Below, piece after piece: positions 47,932-62,865 of a stretch of 64,000 nucleotides of DNA. The position numbers and the translations under genes are program-made. The stretch comes from Tubulanus polymorphus (lineage: Eukaryota > Animalia > Nemertea), in contig NC_134032.1 of the NCBI RefSeq assembly GCF_964204645.1, forward strand, positions 7,552,275-7,616,274, in the 5' to 3' direction. Below the pieces are notes generated by a model. The model made no database searches and had not been told where the DNA came from. It was given only the letters and a program-made list of their open reading frames with translations. Position 1 is the first letter of the stretch; the number at the start of each line of letters is the position of its first letter.

Positions 47932-50900
47932 TTAACACGTTAGAATTCTTTTCATTATCTCGTTCTCTTTTGTTTCTTCTCTTTTAAATTTTAAGTATTC
48001 ATCTAAATTGCAACCATAAGCAACTGTATGAATTCCATCATCTAAAATATATCTTTTATCATCAAATGGGTTTAGACTTATCTTTTCAATTTCTTCAATA
48101 AACATTTCATGATCTTCAGATCTTAAACATCTCATCTTATGTTTTCTAACTTCTTCATTGAATATACAATTGATGTAATCTTTGAAATGAATATTCTTTT
48201 CTACTACACTTTTGGCTATTCCTTTTAACTTTTTAGCTTCATGAGTTTTAGTTTTATATGAATACATTTTAGATCTAATACCTATGAACTCTATCATTTC
48301 TTCGCCACCTAATTCATCCTTAAACTTCCCTGGAACTTTTTTATTATCATTGCTAAACAATTCATGATTTTTAGAATAATAACTAAAATCAAAATGGTGT
48401 TTTAATGTTTTTAAATCATCAGTTATGTTATCAGTTTTTATCTTTAATATGTAAGAATCGGTATCAAAATATAAGATTTCTATATGTTTTTTTTCCAAAG
48501 TGGTTGTAATATGTTATAATAGAATTCATACATTAGTAATTTTGATAATTCTAAAACTGAAGCGCCAACATAGATTGGTTTATTAAATTTCATTGATGTT
48601 CTTCTCATCTTAACTGCGGCTAAATTTTCATCAAATATTCTGTTACCAATGAACTTAGGATATGATTGTAAATGTCTAATTCTTTTACCATTACTGACTA
48701 ACTCAATATCATTTCTATTTCTAATATTTTCACAAGTCTTACCATAGAATGCATTATTCATTAACTTGAAGAAATCTTTTTCGAAATCAGTTTTAGCTTT
48801 AGTTCTCTGTTTGGTGTTAAAATCTATATATTTTTTTAACCACTTAGATTGACTAAATGAAATATATCTATGTACTTTTTTTAGAACCATTCCTTGTTTT
48901 AGATAAAACTTTAACATTCTATAATGTACTACATAATTATATTTATCTTCTTGAGTTACCATTAACTTTTCTGTATGAATATGATTTTCGGGTTTAATTC
49001 TTTTTTGATAATTTGATAATTCTTCATGAGTTACAGTTTTATGTTCTGGGCAGTAAGCTAGATTTCTAGATTTAAATTTTTTATCTTCAGGATATTCTAA
49101 ATCTACAACAAAGAAGTAACCAGTATCTGAATCATCTGCAATATCTAGGATTCTTTCTTCCAATCAAATTTATCATTATTTTCATTCTGTAAAACTTCAG
49201 TTAATTCAAATACTCCATAAGGTTGTGGTTCCATCATTGCCCAACCATACAAATTATTTGCATCTATATATAATAACTTATATCCGGGGTTATCATTTAC
49301 ATTGAAATATCTATCCCCCAATACACCTGAAACTCCTCCTCTTATAGATTTTTCAAATAATAGTAATTGATCTATATTTGTTAACAAATCCATTTTTATA
49401 TCTGTAAATTTTAATCCACAATCCCATGTTAATCCTGGTGATGAATAACAATGACAAGGATCAATGTTAAAATATTTTAGGTTAACATCTCTAAACCTTT
49501 CGAATATATCGGTTAATAATAATACATCTGATTTTAGATATAAATCTACTAATTGTCCATGATTTTCTATTTTGAAATGATTCCAAATATTCAATGTTCT
49601 ATTATAGACTTCATCTTTAACATATTCATTTTTTAATTCATCATAGAATTGTTCTTTCAATAATTCAGTTATATTGAAATCATTATGTGATTTATAAAAT
49701 GAAAATGGAATTGCTCCTTTATATCTCATTAATTGAAAATCATCATTATTTGGGTAATGTTGTTTTAATATTTTTAATTCATCATCAACTAATGATTTTG
49801 ATAAGTTATCTAATGAACTATTTAAAAATCTATATGAATCTATAAATCTTAGACACCCAAATTGGAATGATATATAATTTGCAGATGTTTTAGCTAACAT
49901 TCTAAATTTATAAGTTGGTATTTTATCTTTTGATCTATTTGAATTTAATATTTCTATTTCATTATTAATTTCTTCTATTTTATGACATAACTGTTTGATG
50001 AATAAATGTGCATCATATCCTGATAGATTATGAAATATAACTGGTACAAAGTTAATTTTCTTAGCTTGTAAGTTACAATTCTCATGTGCAGCGCCTCTAA
50101 ACTTTCCATTCAAATGATCATGGTCTCTTACTTTTTTATCTTTATAATTAAATATCTTTTCACAATAATAACATTTATCTGCAAACGCAAATTCTTCTTT
50201 ATCTTCTTCTGTCATTATAATTTCTATATTTGTATTCAATAATTTACTAAATCTTATTTCATATTCAATTAATAAGTCACAAAAATGATTGATAACATTT
50301 TCATTTCTATAATCATAATATTCACTTTCAATTAGTTCTGGATAATCAGATTTAATATATAACCCGAAAGCAGCAGCTGATTGATGAATCTTTTTAATTG
50401 TATTTGTTTTTGGTGGTTCATCTGAAAAATCATTTTCATTAGAATTTAATTTCTTTTTTTTATAATATATTTCTTTTCTATCTTGATCAGTTAATTCTTT
50501 ATTTAATGATTCAAAATCTCCATATATTACAAATGGTACTTTATTTTTGTAATCATATTTTTTGAATTCTAATATTTTATCTTTTTCATTTGGTAAAACT
50601 AATTTACATTAATCATGATTTTCACATAAATGTTTATGATTTAATAATGCACTTTCATTACTGAATCTATGTAAATATTTTCTACATAGATATATTTTAC
50701 GAGTGTGATCATTTTCTGATTTGAAAAATAAATCGATTTGTTTAATCCACATATAATGATTCTCATAATATAGTATATCTATAACATCATTTGAATCATA
50801 ATCTTTTGATAGATATAAAGGTTCTAAAGTATAATGTTTTATGTTGTTACCTTTTGTATTTGGTAATTTGATTAAATCAAATACATTTATTCTTAAATTA

Positions 50901-51973
50901 TTATCTCTTTCTATCTTTTGGATGTTTTTAATTATAACAGGATACTTATCTATCTTATAATTATTTTCAAATGGTTTATAATGAGTTAATCTATAAGTAT
51001 GTTTATTATAATCTTCAACTGGATGTAAACCACTTATTATAGCCCATAGAAAACATTTATCATCTTCATTTTGTACATTTATTACAGCATTAGTTTTAAA
51101 TGGTAGTTTAATATAACTCGATGCTTCAATATCTGGTTCTTTATAATATGATACATTATTTTCATCAATTGGTTTTGATTTAGTTAACTTATTATATTTT
51201 GTGTTATAAACATGTAAAGTCATAAATATTATTTCATCAAATATTAAACCAGATCCTTCAAAATATTTTTCTTCTATTCTAGTTTTTACTTCATTATAAC
51301 ATTTATATAATTTATCATCTATATGTTGTTTAGATATTATATGTTGTGAATGAGAATTTATATTATATATTGGTTTATCTTCAGATTTTATAAATTTAAC
51401 TTTTGATGAAATACTTATTTTAGGATATTCAACATCAGTAATTATTTTTATTATTTCTTTCATATTTTCTAAATGTTTTTTATTTTCTTCTAATGTTTTT
51501 CCTTTATGAAATTTAAACTCGATAGCTGCTGGGCCAATATCACTTTTAAATGCTTCGGTTATCTCTATATCTTTTTTATTATCTAATGAATTAATATATT
51601 TTCTTACATCTTCCATGTATGGTCTTTTATTGTTTAATTTATTTTTTATGCTTTTAATTGCCTTCTGTTTCTTATCATTATCTTTATCAAAATAATCTTC
51701 ACCTAAAATATCATTATTCTTATTTCTAATATGACTTTTAGATTTTAAATGTTCTTTATAATATCTTTTATCACTGAATGATTGATTACATGTATCACAT
51801 TTATATGTTTCTTTTTCATTCTTAAATTCATCTAATTTAGTTTCTAATACATCATCTTCATATTCTAAATTCAATTTATTCTCTCAATGTGTTTTAGTTT
51901 TATTGTGTCTTGCTTTTTGGGATTTATCTATATTGATATTACATGTTGAACAGTAGTACTTATTTGCTTCCAT
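47932..51973 (-). pseudogene. polB: Protein-primed PolB, element B (intein-free; several stops and frameshifts)
   Basis: Starts inside the TIR (MEANKYYC..C); same motifs as A with contiguous YFDTDS. Confidence 0.95.
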
Positions 51974-52669
51974 TTTAATACTAAATTTTTTATTAAAATT
52001 GATTTTAGAAGTTATTCATTTATATTTTATTCATATATATGAATATTTTAAGAGTAATAGGGAATATGTTGTTTCAGGTTAAAGGTTGAATGGTCGAGTT
52101 CATTAATAACAAATATCAAAAGTAATTAAAAACTATAATATATTTTCATAACCGTGTGTATTTCAGTTGAATATTATTATTATTTGAATATATTTGATTA
52201 TATGAATTTGTGTATTGTAAATAAATCAATTGGTCGCGGAGCGGAGCGGTAGCGAAGTGGAGAAAGTGTGGAAGAAAATAATAATAAATATAGCTGCAAA
52301 GCAGTGATAACGGGTTTTCTGCACAGTCTTTGAATCCTGTTCAACGGTGGATTTCAACAAAGCATTTGATAAGGCTCAACATCAGCCATTACTAAACAGG
52401 CTATTAGGAAACAGTATCAATGATAGGTCGCCCAAATGGCTCAGCAGTTATCTCTGAACGGAAACGTGTAACCGAAATCAACGGAACGCCTCATCTTGGA
52501 ATGAGACGGTCTAACTAGTGGAGTCACGCAAGGTAGTATCCTAAGTCGTCTTCTGTTTAATGTCCTGACAAATGACATACACAGTAATCCAAAATATACC
52601 AGACCGAGTAAATTTCCAAAACGACCTTAACACACTGTTCGACCAAAAAAATTAATGTTCCGACAAAAC

Positions 52670-55640
52670 CACGGGTGACAAAACCAAAATTATGAATTGT
52701 CGCGGGTGACAAAACCAAAATATTGAATTGTCACGGGCGACAAAACAAAAATAATGAATTGTCGCGGGCGATAAAACCAAAATAATGAATTGTCGGGGGC
52801 GATAAAACCAAAATATTGAATTGTCGCGGGCGATAAAACCAAAATAATGAATTGTCGCGGACGACAAAAACAAAATATTGAATTGTTGCGTGCGACAAAA
52901 CCAAAATAATGAATTGTCGCGGGCGACAAAACCAAACTAGGGGTCCAGGGACACCATGCTCACTTGGGAAGTGGTTTCAAATGCTCAACAATCTAACAAT
53001 TTCAATACATAACGCCCTCTAGTGACCATATACAAAAACCAATGACCTTGAAACCCACCACAATCATAGAACATGTGAGCAGCTATGATTTTGTAATCGA
53101 TTGTGATAACAAAATATGCCTCGTTACCAATTTAATATGGAAATACTAAGTTATTCTACTATTCAACGCCCCCTGGTGACCATATGCAAAACCCAATGAC
53201 CTTAAAACTCACCCCAATCGTAGGACATGTCATGAAATACAACTTTGCAATTGAACATAGTAACAAAATATGCCTAGGTACCAATCTAATAAGGAAATAC
53301 TAAGCCATTCTACTATTTAACGCCCCCTGGTGACTGTATGGAATAACTAATGTCCTTAAAAACTCACCACAATCATAGACGATGTCATGAACTACAAATT
53401 TGCAATTGATCATGGTAATAAAATATGCCTTGGTACAAATATAGCAATACTAAGTTATTGTATTATTCAACGCCCCCTGATGGCCACATACAAAAACCAA
53501 TGACCTTGAAACTCACCAAAATCATAGAACACGTTATGGGCTACAACTTTCCAACTGAATATAGTAACACAATATGCTTAGGTATCAATTTAATGTGGAA
53601 AAACTTTTTCCCACCTACGAATGAGTACTGATGACACCAAGATGGCCGCCAATTGCGTCATAATTGGCTGATCAAAGATACCTGTCCCAGGTATAAAACA
53701 TCCCTCTCTAAAGAATACCCATCAGCAATTGCAATGAGAAATGGCAAACCAGTAGGAAGCCACGTGACCTAGAATTCTGGCCAAAATTGACATTTTTGGG
53801 CACTAAAAAGGTCATAGGACGGCCATCTTGAGTCAGATCGACCCAATTTTCTTATGCTGATGGGCCTTTGGTAGATTCAAATATAAACGAAACATCAAGG
53901 TAATTGATCAAAGCGTCTTCAAAATTTCCCACGAAAACTTCGAAAATGTTTAAAAAGTGCTGATTTTGGCAAACAACAATGGCTGCCAGTCGGCCATCTT
54001 GAATCTGACAGGGCCAGTTTTTGGGCTGACGATGTGTCTAGGGTAGATACATGTTTAAACCAAATATCAAGACATTACCTTGAAGCGTCTTCAAAACTTC
54101 CCAAAATAACTGGATTCCGTCTATGGACGGACGGACGGAAGAAAAGTGAACGCAATAGCCCGCTGGGACTAAAGTCCCAAGTGGACTGAAAAATAATTGT
54201 CGCGGGCGACAAAACCAAAGTATTGAATTGTCGCGGGCGACAAAACCAAACTAATGAATTGTCGCGGGCGGCAAAACCAAACTAATTAATTGTCGCGGGC
54301 GATAAAACCAAACTAATGAATTGTCGCGAGCGATTAAACAAAAATATTGAAATGTCGCGGGCGATAAAACCAAAATAATGAATTGTCTCGGGCGACAAAA
54401 ACAAAATATTGAATCGTCGCGGGCGACAAAATCAAAAAAATGAATTGTCGCGGGCGACAAAACCAAAATAATGAATTGTCGCGGGCGATAAAACCAAAAT
54501 AATGAATTGTCTCGGGCGACAAAAACAAGATATTGAATCGTCGCGGGCGACAAAATCAAAATAATGAATTGTCGCGGGCGACAAAACCAAAATAATGAAT
54601 TGACACGGGCGATAAAACCAAAATAATGAATTGTCGCGGGCGATAAAACCAAAATAATGAATTGTCTCGGGCGACAAAAACTAGATATTGAATCGTCGCG
54701 GGCGACAAAATCAAAATAATGAATTGTCGTGGGCGACAAAACCAAAATAATGAATTGTCGCAGGCGATAAAAACAAAATATTGAATTGTCGCGGGCGATA
54801 AAACCAAAATAATGAATTGTTGCTGGCGACAAAACCAAAATGGTGAATTGTCGCGGGCGACAAAACCAAAATAATGAATTGTCGCGGGAGATAAAACCGT
54901 AATAATGAATTGTCGCGGGCGATAAAACCAAAATAATGAATTGTCTCAGGCGACAAAATCAAATTAATGAATAATCGCGGGCGATAAAACAAAAATATTG
55001 AATTGTCGCAGGCGATAAAGCCAAAAAAGAAAATTGTCGCGGGCGACAAAAACAAAATATAAAACCAAAATGAATTGTCGCGGGCGACAAAACCAAAATA
55101 ATGAATTGTCGGTGGCGATAAAACCTAAGTAATGAATTGTCGCGGGCGATAAAACCAAAATATTGAATTTTCGCGGGCGACAAAACCAAAATATTGAATT
55201 GTCGCGGGCGACAAAACCAAACTAATGAATTGTCGCGGGCGACAAAACCAAACTAATGAATTGTCGCGGGCGATAAAACCAAACTAATGAATTGTCGCGG
55301 GCGATAAAACCAAAATAATGAATCGTCTCGGGCGACAAAAACAAGATATTGAATCGTCGCGGGCGACAAAATCAAAATAATGAATTGTCGCGGGCGACAA
55401 AACCAAAATAATGAATTGAGGCGGGCGATAAAACCAAAATAATGAATGGTCTCGGGCGACAAAACCAAAATAATGAATTGTCGCGGGCGATAAAAACGAA
55501 ATATTGAATTGTCGCGGGCGATAAAACCAAAATAATGAATTATCGCGGGTGATAAAACCAAAATATTGAATTGTCGCGGGCGATAAAACCAAAATAATGA
55601 ATTGTCGCGGGCGACAAAACCAAAATATTGAATTGTCGCG
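52670..55640. repeat. 31-bp satellite array interrupted by a HINE-like element
   Basis: Units at about 52670-52936 and 54195-55640. Confidence 0.9.
52937..54189 (+). mobile_element. Non-autonomous Helitron/Helentron-type (HINE/pearl-like) element
   Basis: 5' ACTAG, four ~150-bp core repeats (aacgcccc.tggtgacc), GGAC microsatellite at about 54125, 3' hairpin GGGACT-AA-AGTCCC then an A-run. Confidence 0.65.
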
Positions 55641-55949
55641 GAATGATGCAATCGTGAGTTGAAATAATACCTGAACAAATCGATGCACAGACATTTACTT
55701 TATATATCTACTTGAACAATCGAGCCTACTCAGTAATATACTCAGTTTTTACGAAACCTGGAGTTTTTGTTTCAGAGAAATTTGAGTATCAGTATCCGAT
55801 GCTATATACTAACGTTAACGTTAGTTATCATCGCTCCGTCATGCTAAGTTATACATTTCATGTCAACCAGTATCTACAGGCAGCTGTACAGTGTGTACAC
55901 ACTATATCTGAATACGAGGCTGGAATAACAGGCTCACTTCACGTAGGTT

Positions 55950-58825
55950 CATGATGACGAGAAACTCGCAGCTGATCCCCGGAACGACGATGTAGTAACA
56001 CACGTCGATTCGTCGATATTTACGGCTCGACAGTGCTTTTAAAATCTAAAGTAGTAAATTTCCAGTGTATCGGTAATATGATCTGATGAGGAAAATGGGC
56101 TATTGTTAAAATCACTGTTTGAAGACCGCGACTGAATGTGAAGTCTGCGACAATAAATTAGTTCATTTATACTTGAATTGATAATCGAAGTGACAGTCGG
56201 CCTGCGGGTTGATTTCAGGATGACGACTCGAAAAACATGTCGCCCCATTGAATGGGGCTAAATTTTCGATGTTTACAGCCCGACAGCGCTTTTGTAACGA
56301 TGATTCGTGAAAAAACACGCGGGCTATTTGTAGATCTCAGTGAGCTGAACGATATTATATGGATTGTATATGAAACAGCGGTAAGGTAACAAAGCCTATG
56401 TTCTTTTGGTAAAAATAGTGTGGAAGAAAATAATAATAAATATAGCTGCAAAGCAGCGATAACGGGTTTTCTGCACAGTCTTTGAATCCTGTTCAATGGT
56501 TAATACAGTTTTATAAGAGGAAGCTCGACAAACAGTCAATTAGACCTTCTTGAAACCATGGACAACTGAACCAGATGTCCTATTTGACTCTGGAAAATCG
56601 ACTGTTAGGCGATAATTACTCTTTATGATTTCGACAAAGCATTTAATAAGGTACAACATCAGCCATTACTAAAAAAGGCTTTTAGGAAACAGTATCAATG
56701 ATAGGTTGCCGAAATTGCTCAGCATTATCTCTCAACGAAAACTTGTAGCCGAAATCAACGGAACGCTTCATCTTGGATTAAGTCGGTCTAACTAGTCGAG
56801 TCACGCAAGGTAGTATCCTAAGTTGTCTTCTGTTTAATGTCCTGACAAATGACATACACAGTAATCCAAAATATACAGACCGAGTAAATTTCCAAAACGA
56901 CCTTAACACGCTGTTCGACCAAAAAACTTAATGATCCGACAAGAAAATCTTGTAGGCTTTTTGTTTGAACCAAAGCTTTTCTTCATTCTGAAAGCTTTGT
57001 TATTGTTGAAATGAAAAACTTTTTGTCCCGGCAAAAAAATTTGGTTGAGCGAAAACAATTTTTTCGAACGAATGTTTGAATGAAAACAATTCTGTTCGAT
57101 TGAACGAAATGCTTAATACTTTTGGTTCGGAGGAAAAACTTTTTACAATATACTCGTTCGAACGAAAAACTTAATGTTCTGAAAAGAAAATTCTGATTAA
57201 ATTTAAACGATTCTGTTCAATCGAACAATTGTTCGAACAAAAAACCTTTCGTTTGGACAAAAAAAAGTTTGTTCAACTTTGTTCTAACGTTTTTTCGAAT
57301 TGGTTCAATCGAACAGAATATTATTGGTTGGAACGAAATAAATTTTGTTCCGACAAAAGAATTTTCAAGCGAAAGGTCTTTTGAACGAAAAAAAAGATAT
57401 TTCTGGGGCTCCGCAGTAACTTAAAGCCGGACGTAGGTCAGCCTTGTGACGCGATGCGATCCTCGCGTTGCATCGCAAGTTTCGGTGCAAGTCGGTTGCG
57501 ATACGATTGTAAGCGACTGTGTGCGACTAGTTTCTGCCAGTCGCAAGAGCGCGTCGGTTGGTTGTGACAGTCGTGTCGCGTCGCAGAAAGTAGAACACGT
57601 GCGACTCCTTGTGACTGGCGTTGCTGAAAGTCGCAACCCGTCGCAAAGGAGCATAGGTCGATGAGTCGTTGCGACACAATCGTCGCTGGCGGTCGCAGTG
57701 ATAGGCGTCGCAGTGAATCACAAGCCGTCGCAAGGCCGACCTACGCCCTGCTTAAATCATAAGAAATTAATGAAATACCAGTTTCATTTATGATGAAAAA
57801 AATCAAATGAAAAGTCTGGCTTATAAAGCTGTCTGCTCAGACGAAATTTTCAAAGAAATCTTCATTTTTGGCAATAAAATTGATATTTGTGATTGATCGT
57901 TGCAAGTCACAACCAGTTAATCACTAATTAACATGCATTTTAATAAATCTTTATTCCTCCTTTACAGTGAACTTAGCTTTAACCTAGTAGAGGCTACTAG
58001 CCTATGTAGGCCTATATATATGCGTAGGCCTAAAATCTGGACAGATTGGTCGTAGGCCTATTGAATAACAACCCACCTAAATATCGTAAATTTTGTTTTG
58101 AAGTTCAATCCAATGAGTCCGTTAATAAACGCAACAATTATACTGTGTTTGTTTAGTAAAGCTCAGTACCGGTAGGCCTAAAGCCGCGTAAAACTCGATA
58201 AACACTTCAAGCGACACAGCGAACGATCTCCTTTCCCCCACAGCGAACACTTACTCCGAATGTCAAGTGTGAGTCCAGCATACGGAAAGGAGTGTGTTAT
58301 ATACTTGTTTTTAGTAAATACCTTGTGCATTTGACAATGATCGGTATGTACTGTAGGAAATATAGAGTATTGATGGTATTGATATAGAGGTTGAAGCCCG
58401 CGGCCGAATAAAGTAATATATTCTTTTATTTTGATACCTCGTCGACATAACAGCTTTTCTCCGCTATATCTCTTCGGCGTGTTTAGTTTAGGCCTACGAT
58501 TCCCCGGTACACTAAAGATTTATCTTAGTAAATACACGGTTAATTCGGTAAAGAAAAATAGGTATTGTTATACTAACTCCTTGAAACCCGCAGCCAAATC
58601 ACTGGTAGTAATAAATTAATTTTTACTAGATTTGATTCTCATGATGAGGAGAAACTCGCAGCTGATCCCCGGAACGAAGATGTAGTAACACACGTCGATT
58701 CGTCGATGTTTACGGCTCGACAGTGCTTTTAAAATATAAAGTAGTTAATTTCCAGTGTATCGGTAATATGATTTGATGAGGAAAATGGGCTATTGTTAAA
58801 ATCACTGTTTGAAGACCGCGACTGA
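55950..58825 (+). repeat. Uninterrupted macrosatellite unit (about 2.7 kb) plus start of the next
   Basis: Marker recurs at about 55955 and 58643; holds the empty sites for both Polinton insertions (about 56099 and 58116). Confidence 0.85.
57425..57752. mobile_element. MITE with imperfect TIRs (Harbinger-like) inside the macrosatellite
   Basis: ttaa-AGCCGGACGTAGGTCAGCCTTG...CAAGGCCGACCTACGCCCTGC-ttaa; truncated copies at about 27197, 29547 and 31880. Confidence 0.5.
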
Positions 58826-60008
58826 ATAAATAAATACGTATGAACTATCGTTGTAAAGAAGGATATATATAGTGTATACCTGAAAGCGCGGCGCGTAAGT
58901 CGTGGGTGGCAGCCAGGGTTATGTTTAATAATTGTTGTCGGTTGCCTGCGTTGCAAAAGTATGTTAGAAAAAGCAGTTATAAATTGTTTTTTAGTACATA
59001 AAATGAATTAAGAGGTCTTACCGGGCTGCGCTAGAATAAAGCCATACGGCATGTGTAGGACCAGTGAGGCTGATATGAAAAACAAAATATGACAGAATGG
59101 GATATATATGTTGTTAATTTTGAGGTTTCTGATTTAATATACTTCATGCTTTGAAGCACGGTATTCGTACGTTGCCGTACAGTACCTTGGTAATGCTGAT
59201 TAACATATAAAAGCAAAAAAAAGAAAGAAAAAAAAGGATTGTATATATAAAAGTATTGTTGCACAATATAATACAACGGTAATGAAATGGACTGAAGTGC
59301 AATTAACGTATTTACAATTAATAATTATAGTTACATGACTAATATTGTTAAAATTCAAGGTTTTTCTGGTATTATATTGTTCACATTTTTAGAAATAACG
59401 CATGGGTTAATAGATCTTATCAGGGGCGATGTGACCGTTTAAAATAACAAAGTGCAAGAGTGGCACATAATGTATTATCGCATGTAATGATAAAACTGTA
59501 CAAAATGGTTGGTGTGTTAGTTTATAAGTATTCAAAATAAGTTGCTTACCGAAAAACTCTATTGGGTTCATTGTAAATGCTAATCCGGATGGTGATGATG
59601 GTAAAGTCTATATGGCGGATGGAAGTAGAATGTTTAAGAGATGGGGATTTTACTCAGTATCAAGGGTGACTTTTTGGCCAGGTGTACTGTTATTGTTGCT
59701 GGTCAGAGAAAAAAAATAGTGGGTTTTTTTCTCTCTCTACCATCCAGATGTTGAAAATTTATGTGCGTCAGTTACAAGATTGTTATATCATTTATCATAA
59801 AGCACCATTTTTATTGCCTTACGGTAAAGTTCAAGAGGTGAAAGTTGTTTAAAAAAAAAGTTGTTCATGGAAGTAAGGGGTACTGATTTTGCACTGTTGC
59901 TGGCTGCGGCTCTTTTAAAAAAATCTGTGGACATAAATCTTTGGAAGTGCAAACGGGCTTCAGTATTTTTTTTTGGCGATTGGGGGTCCAATCGTCTGGA
60001 GAGGGGGA

Positions 60009-60607
60009 TGGTATTGGAGTAATAAATTACCTATTTAGACAATGGGAAAATAAGCCGGAGTTCGGGGCAGTAGTTCGGGGCAGTAGTTGCGGTTAGCAGG
60101 CAACGTGAATACTTACGTCACACATAAGAGAGAAGCATAGGAGATAGGTAAGAGTGATGGGGGTGTCTACGTGAGAAAGCTTGTTATAGCAGCAGCCTTG
60201 AGCTCTGGAAAGTTGAGTTATAAATTTAGCGTTCGTAGAAATGATTTACATGGCCAGTAGAACTATAGTAATAGAATAAGACGTCTCTGGCAATGAGGCG
60301 AAGGGTGTGGAAATATACGTCACGAGCGAAGGAAGAATAGATATAAAAAGGGAGGGTTTTAAGGCAGTGGGGTCGGGAAAAGCTGGGTCGGTAGAGCTAG
60401 GTCGGTTGAGCTAGTGGTTAGAACTAGAGGGGACGTGTTAGGAAGATTGTAAGAAGAGAGTATAAGAATAAAGATCTGGATCGATAGAAGAAGCTAGTTG
60501 TAGTTAATTTATGAGAAGAACCCCAAGGAACTACGCTGGTGAAACGCAAACAACGCAGGTGGTCAACACACGTCACCCTGACACTGGAGAAGAGGACCCC
60601 CACAACA
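60009..60607 (+). mobile_element. LTR preceded by a polypurine tract (probable 3' LTR)
   Basis: GGAGAGGGGGA then TG...CCCCCACAACA; internal TATAAAA and AATAAA; related to 5235-5733. Confidence 0.6.
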
Positions 60608-62717
60608 TCTCCTCCACTACGGTTGCATTTGGTGGGTACGCTGGCTGCCACTGTCTACTCCACCTTCTCGTTCGATTTCTTTCCATCCTAGCACCTCCCT
60701 CTATTCTCTGCGCTCTCTCCCTTTTTCTTGCTCTCTGTCCCTGCTTCTATCTTCGTCTCTTCCTTGTCTCTTCCTTTGTCTTTCTTCTCTTCTCCCGCAC
60801 TGCACCTGTAAACTCCACCTTTCTCTTCTTCCCTGCGTAATCGATGCTGATTTCTGGCGGTTTGTCCCCTTCCTCTGTTGTGTTTATCACACAATGCGAG
60901 GTGCCATGGCGGCCTCTGGCATGGCGTCGCAGCGTGTCGCCTCTGTCGCCGACTCGACTGCATTTTTTTACATTCGTACTACATCCCATCGTGCGTCACC
61001 GCTCCACACTTGCCTTTGCATTATTTTAAATTCTCTTCCTTCAGAAGTGGTCCTGTCAACCGTGACATTTAAAATTTGACTACCATAAATTGAAAATTAA
61101 CTAGAGCGATTGAGTGATTTTAAAGCACGCGTATTGTTGATATCGCGCGTTGTTGGTAACGAAGATCTTTAAGAAATAGCTTTTCAACTGGAAATTTCCA
61201 GTTCAAAATGCAAAATGATCTATGTATTCTCAAGTACGTGCTTATCACCTGGCCATCTAAGCCGTTGTGTCCTGCTAGTATCGGAGCGCTGTCCACACCA
61301 CTGCCATTGCAGTTGGTTTCAGTTGCGTCGGAAGTAGTCGGTAGGAGTCGATAGGGCTCCCGCCATTTGTCGAGATAAGTCAGGCTTTAGACTTGGTCCA
61401 GTTCTGATCACACTGTCTGATACATAGGAATAAATTTACTCTACGTAGTTGCAGTCAAATAAATGCTCAGTAGATAGAAGTGTTGGCCGTTCCGCGTATC
61501 GCCTCTTTTTGCCTCTCACGTTTTGCCTCTGTATCGTTATGTTGCTTTTCGACTGTTTCAACAACCAGATTGTTGATAATGCATATAATACGATATGATA
61601 CGAAATGCCATACGACACGATACCAGATGGTATGGATTATTGTCAAAGCAGATTTTCCAACTGCCATATGGTATGATGAAATAGTAACTTTAAGGTATGA
61701 TGGATGCATTACCAGTGCAAATCATAATGCAAAATCCAACAATTGATCTTCCTGTCCGAACAATGAACACTAAATAACATCATTTGTAGGATTGATAAAC
61801 GTATTTTGAATAAAATCCGAAGCTAAATCCGTATTCAAGTAGCTTTAGATAATATTCGAATTTTGAATAGAAACCTGTTGTTTTATCAGTCAGTAGTTTA
61901 GCTCCAGCAGTGGCACTTACCGCAGGCTACGAGACCGACTTGTAAACATGTGAGTTTTACAAGAGGCCTTTCCGCATGGTTTCGACCAACATATGAAAAT
62001 TGAGTCTATTTCGACAAAATCATCAATATTTTCGATTACTTAAAGGTTTCTCCATTTTTAGTACATGAAAACAAAGTGATTTTTGGGGTATAATTTCATT
62101 GCTAGTTCTCTTATTTTACAGGGATGTCTCAACACTACTCTACCAGTTCCTATACATTTCTTTGATATGCGCATCATGGAAATTCGGTAAGGCACAATTT
62201 ATCAAATATTTTGTTTGTTCATCTTGCTTGACATCGTTCGATTCTCGGTTTCCCAAGACGTTGACCCTATTGGATTAATCATTTAAACTTACGACGTGAC
62301 CGCGGTCTTTGAAGCGTAGTTTGCAGAGCAGCCGGCATGACTCGAACTCACTTGCCACTCAAGCAGTGACATGATTTTCTATTCAAACTTATATGTAGCT
62401 ATTAACCTTGTGTCTGTACATAGCCCTCAGACGTTCGACAAACATTCACCCTTTTCCCAAATCATGCTCACCCAGGCGTTGTCGTCCCAATAGCAGTTAC
62501 CATGACAATTTTCTTTTTAAATGAAATTGGGTTTCGTGTCGGAACCATGAACAATGAATGTCCGAACATTCACAATTTGGGAAAATGGGTTGGGTCCAGA
62601 TATTGCCATCTTCAAAAGATGATTGGCTGAGGGGTTGGTACTAACAGGCATCAGATTGACAGTTGAATAATGTTTTAAGAGATGATATACGAACGGGACT
62701 CTTAACTCTCATTGCAG

Positions 62718-62865
62718 ATTCCGTTGTCAGCGTTGAGGAAAGAAGTTTGGACCAGTTTGGCCATATGATGAAAGAATTGACGAAACGTCCGGTTGCAGAT
62801 TTTAACAGATATGGCAACTATTGTGGAAAGGGGGGCAGTGGTCGTGTCCTTGATCAGATTGACAG
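62718..62865 (+). CDS. Exon of a host secreted phospholipase A2 (group I/II/X-like)
   Basis: ttgcag| ...EER-SLDQFGHMM...FNRYGNYCGKGGSGRVLDQIDR |gtattc; Ca-binding loop present, intron falls just before the expected CCxxHD exon. Confidence 0.85.

Larger units (their letters stand above)
34562..52262 (-). mobile_element. Maverick/Polinton-type element B (about 17.7 kb; right end truncated at the hairpin apex)
   Basis: Starts AGTAATAGGGAATATGTTGTTTCAGG, homologous to the A terminus, right after host gagtccg; 34747-35139 is the reverse complement of about 51870-52262; pPolB, capsids, integrase and ATPase present; no right TSD. Confidence 0.92.

Noticed and set aside
8885-52262. A and B as inverted arms of one giant element, or a prophage or contaminant
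   Set aside because: A has its own TIRs and TSD in host repeat DNA; B has different TIRs, gene order and a divergent PolB.
5235-60607. The two LTRs as ends of one 55-kb retrotransposon
   Set aside because: They are only partly similar, differ in length, share no TSD, and no gag or pol was seen between them.
60424-61079. Cluster of short overlapping ORFs near the LTR
   Set aside because: Low-complexity CT-rich sequence with no recognisable domains.
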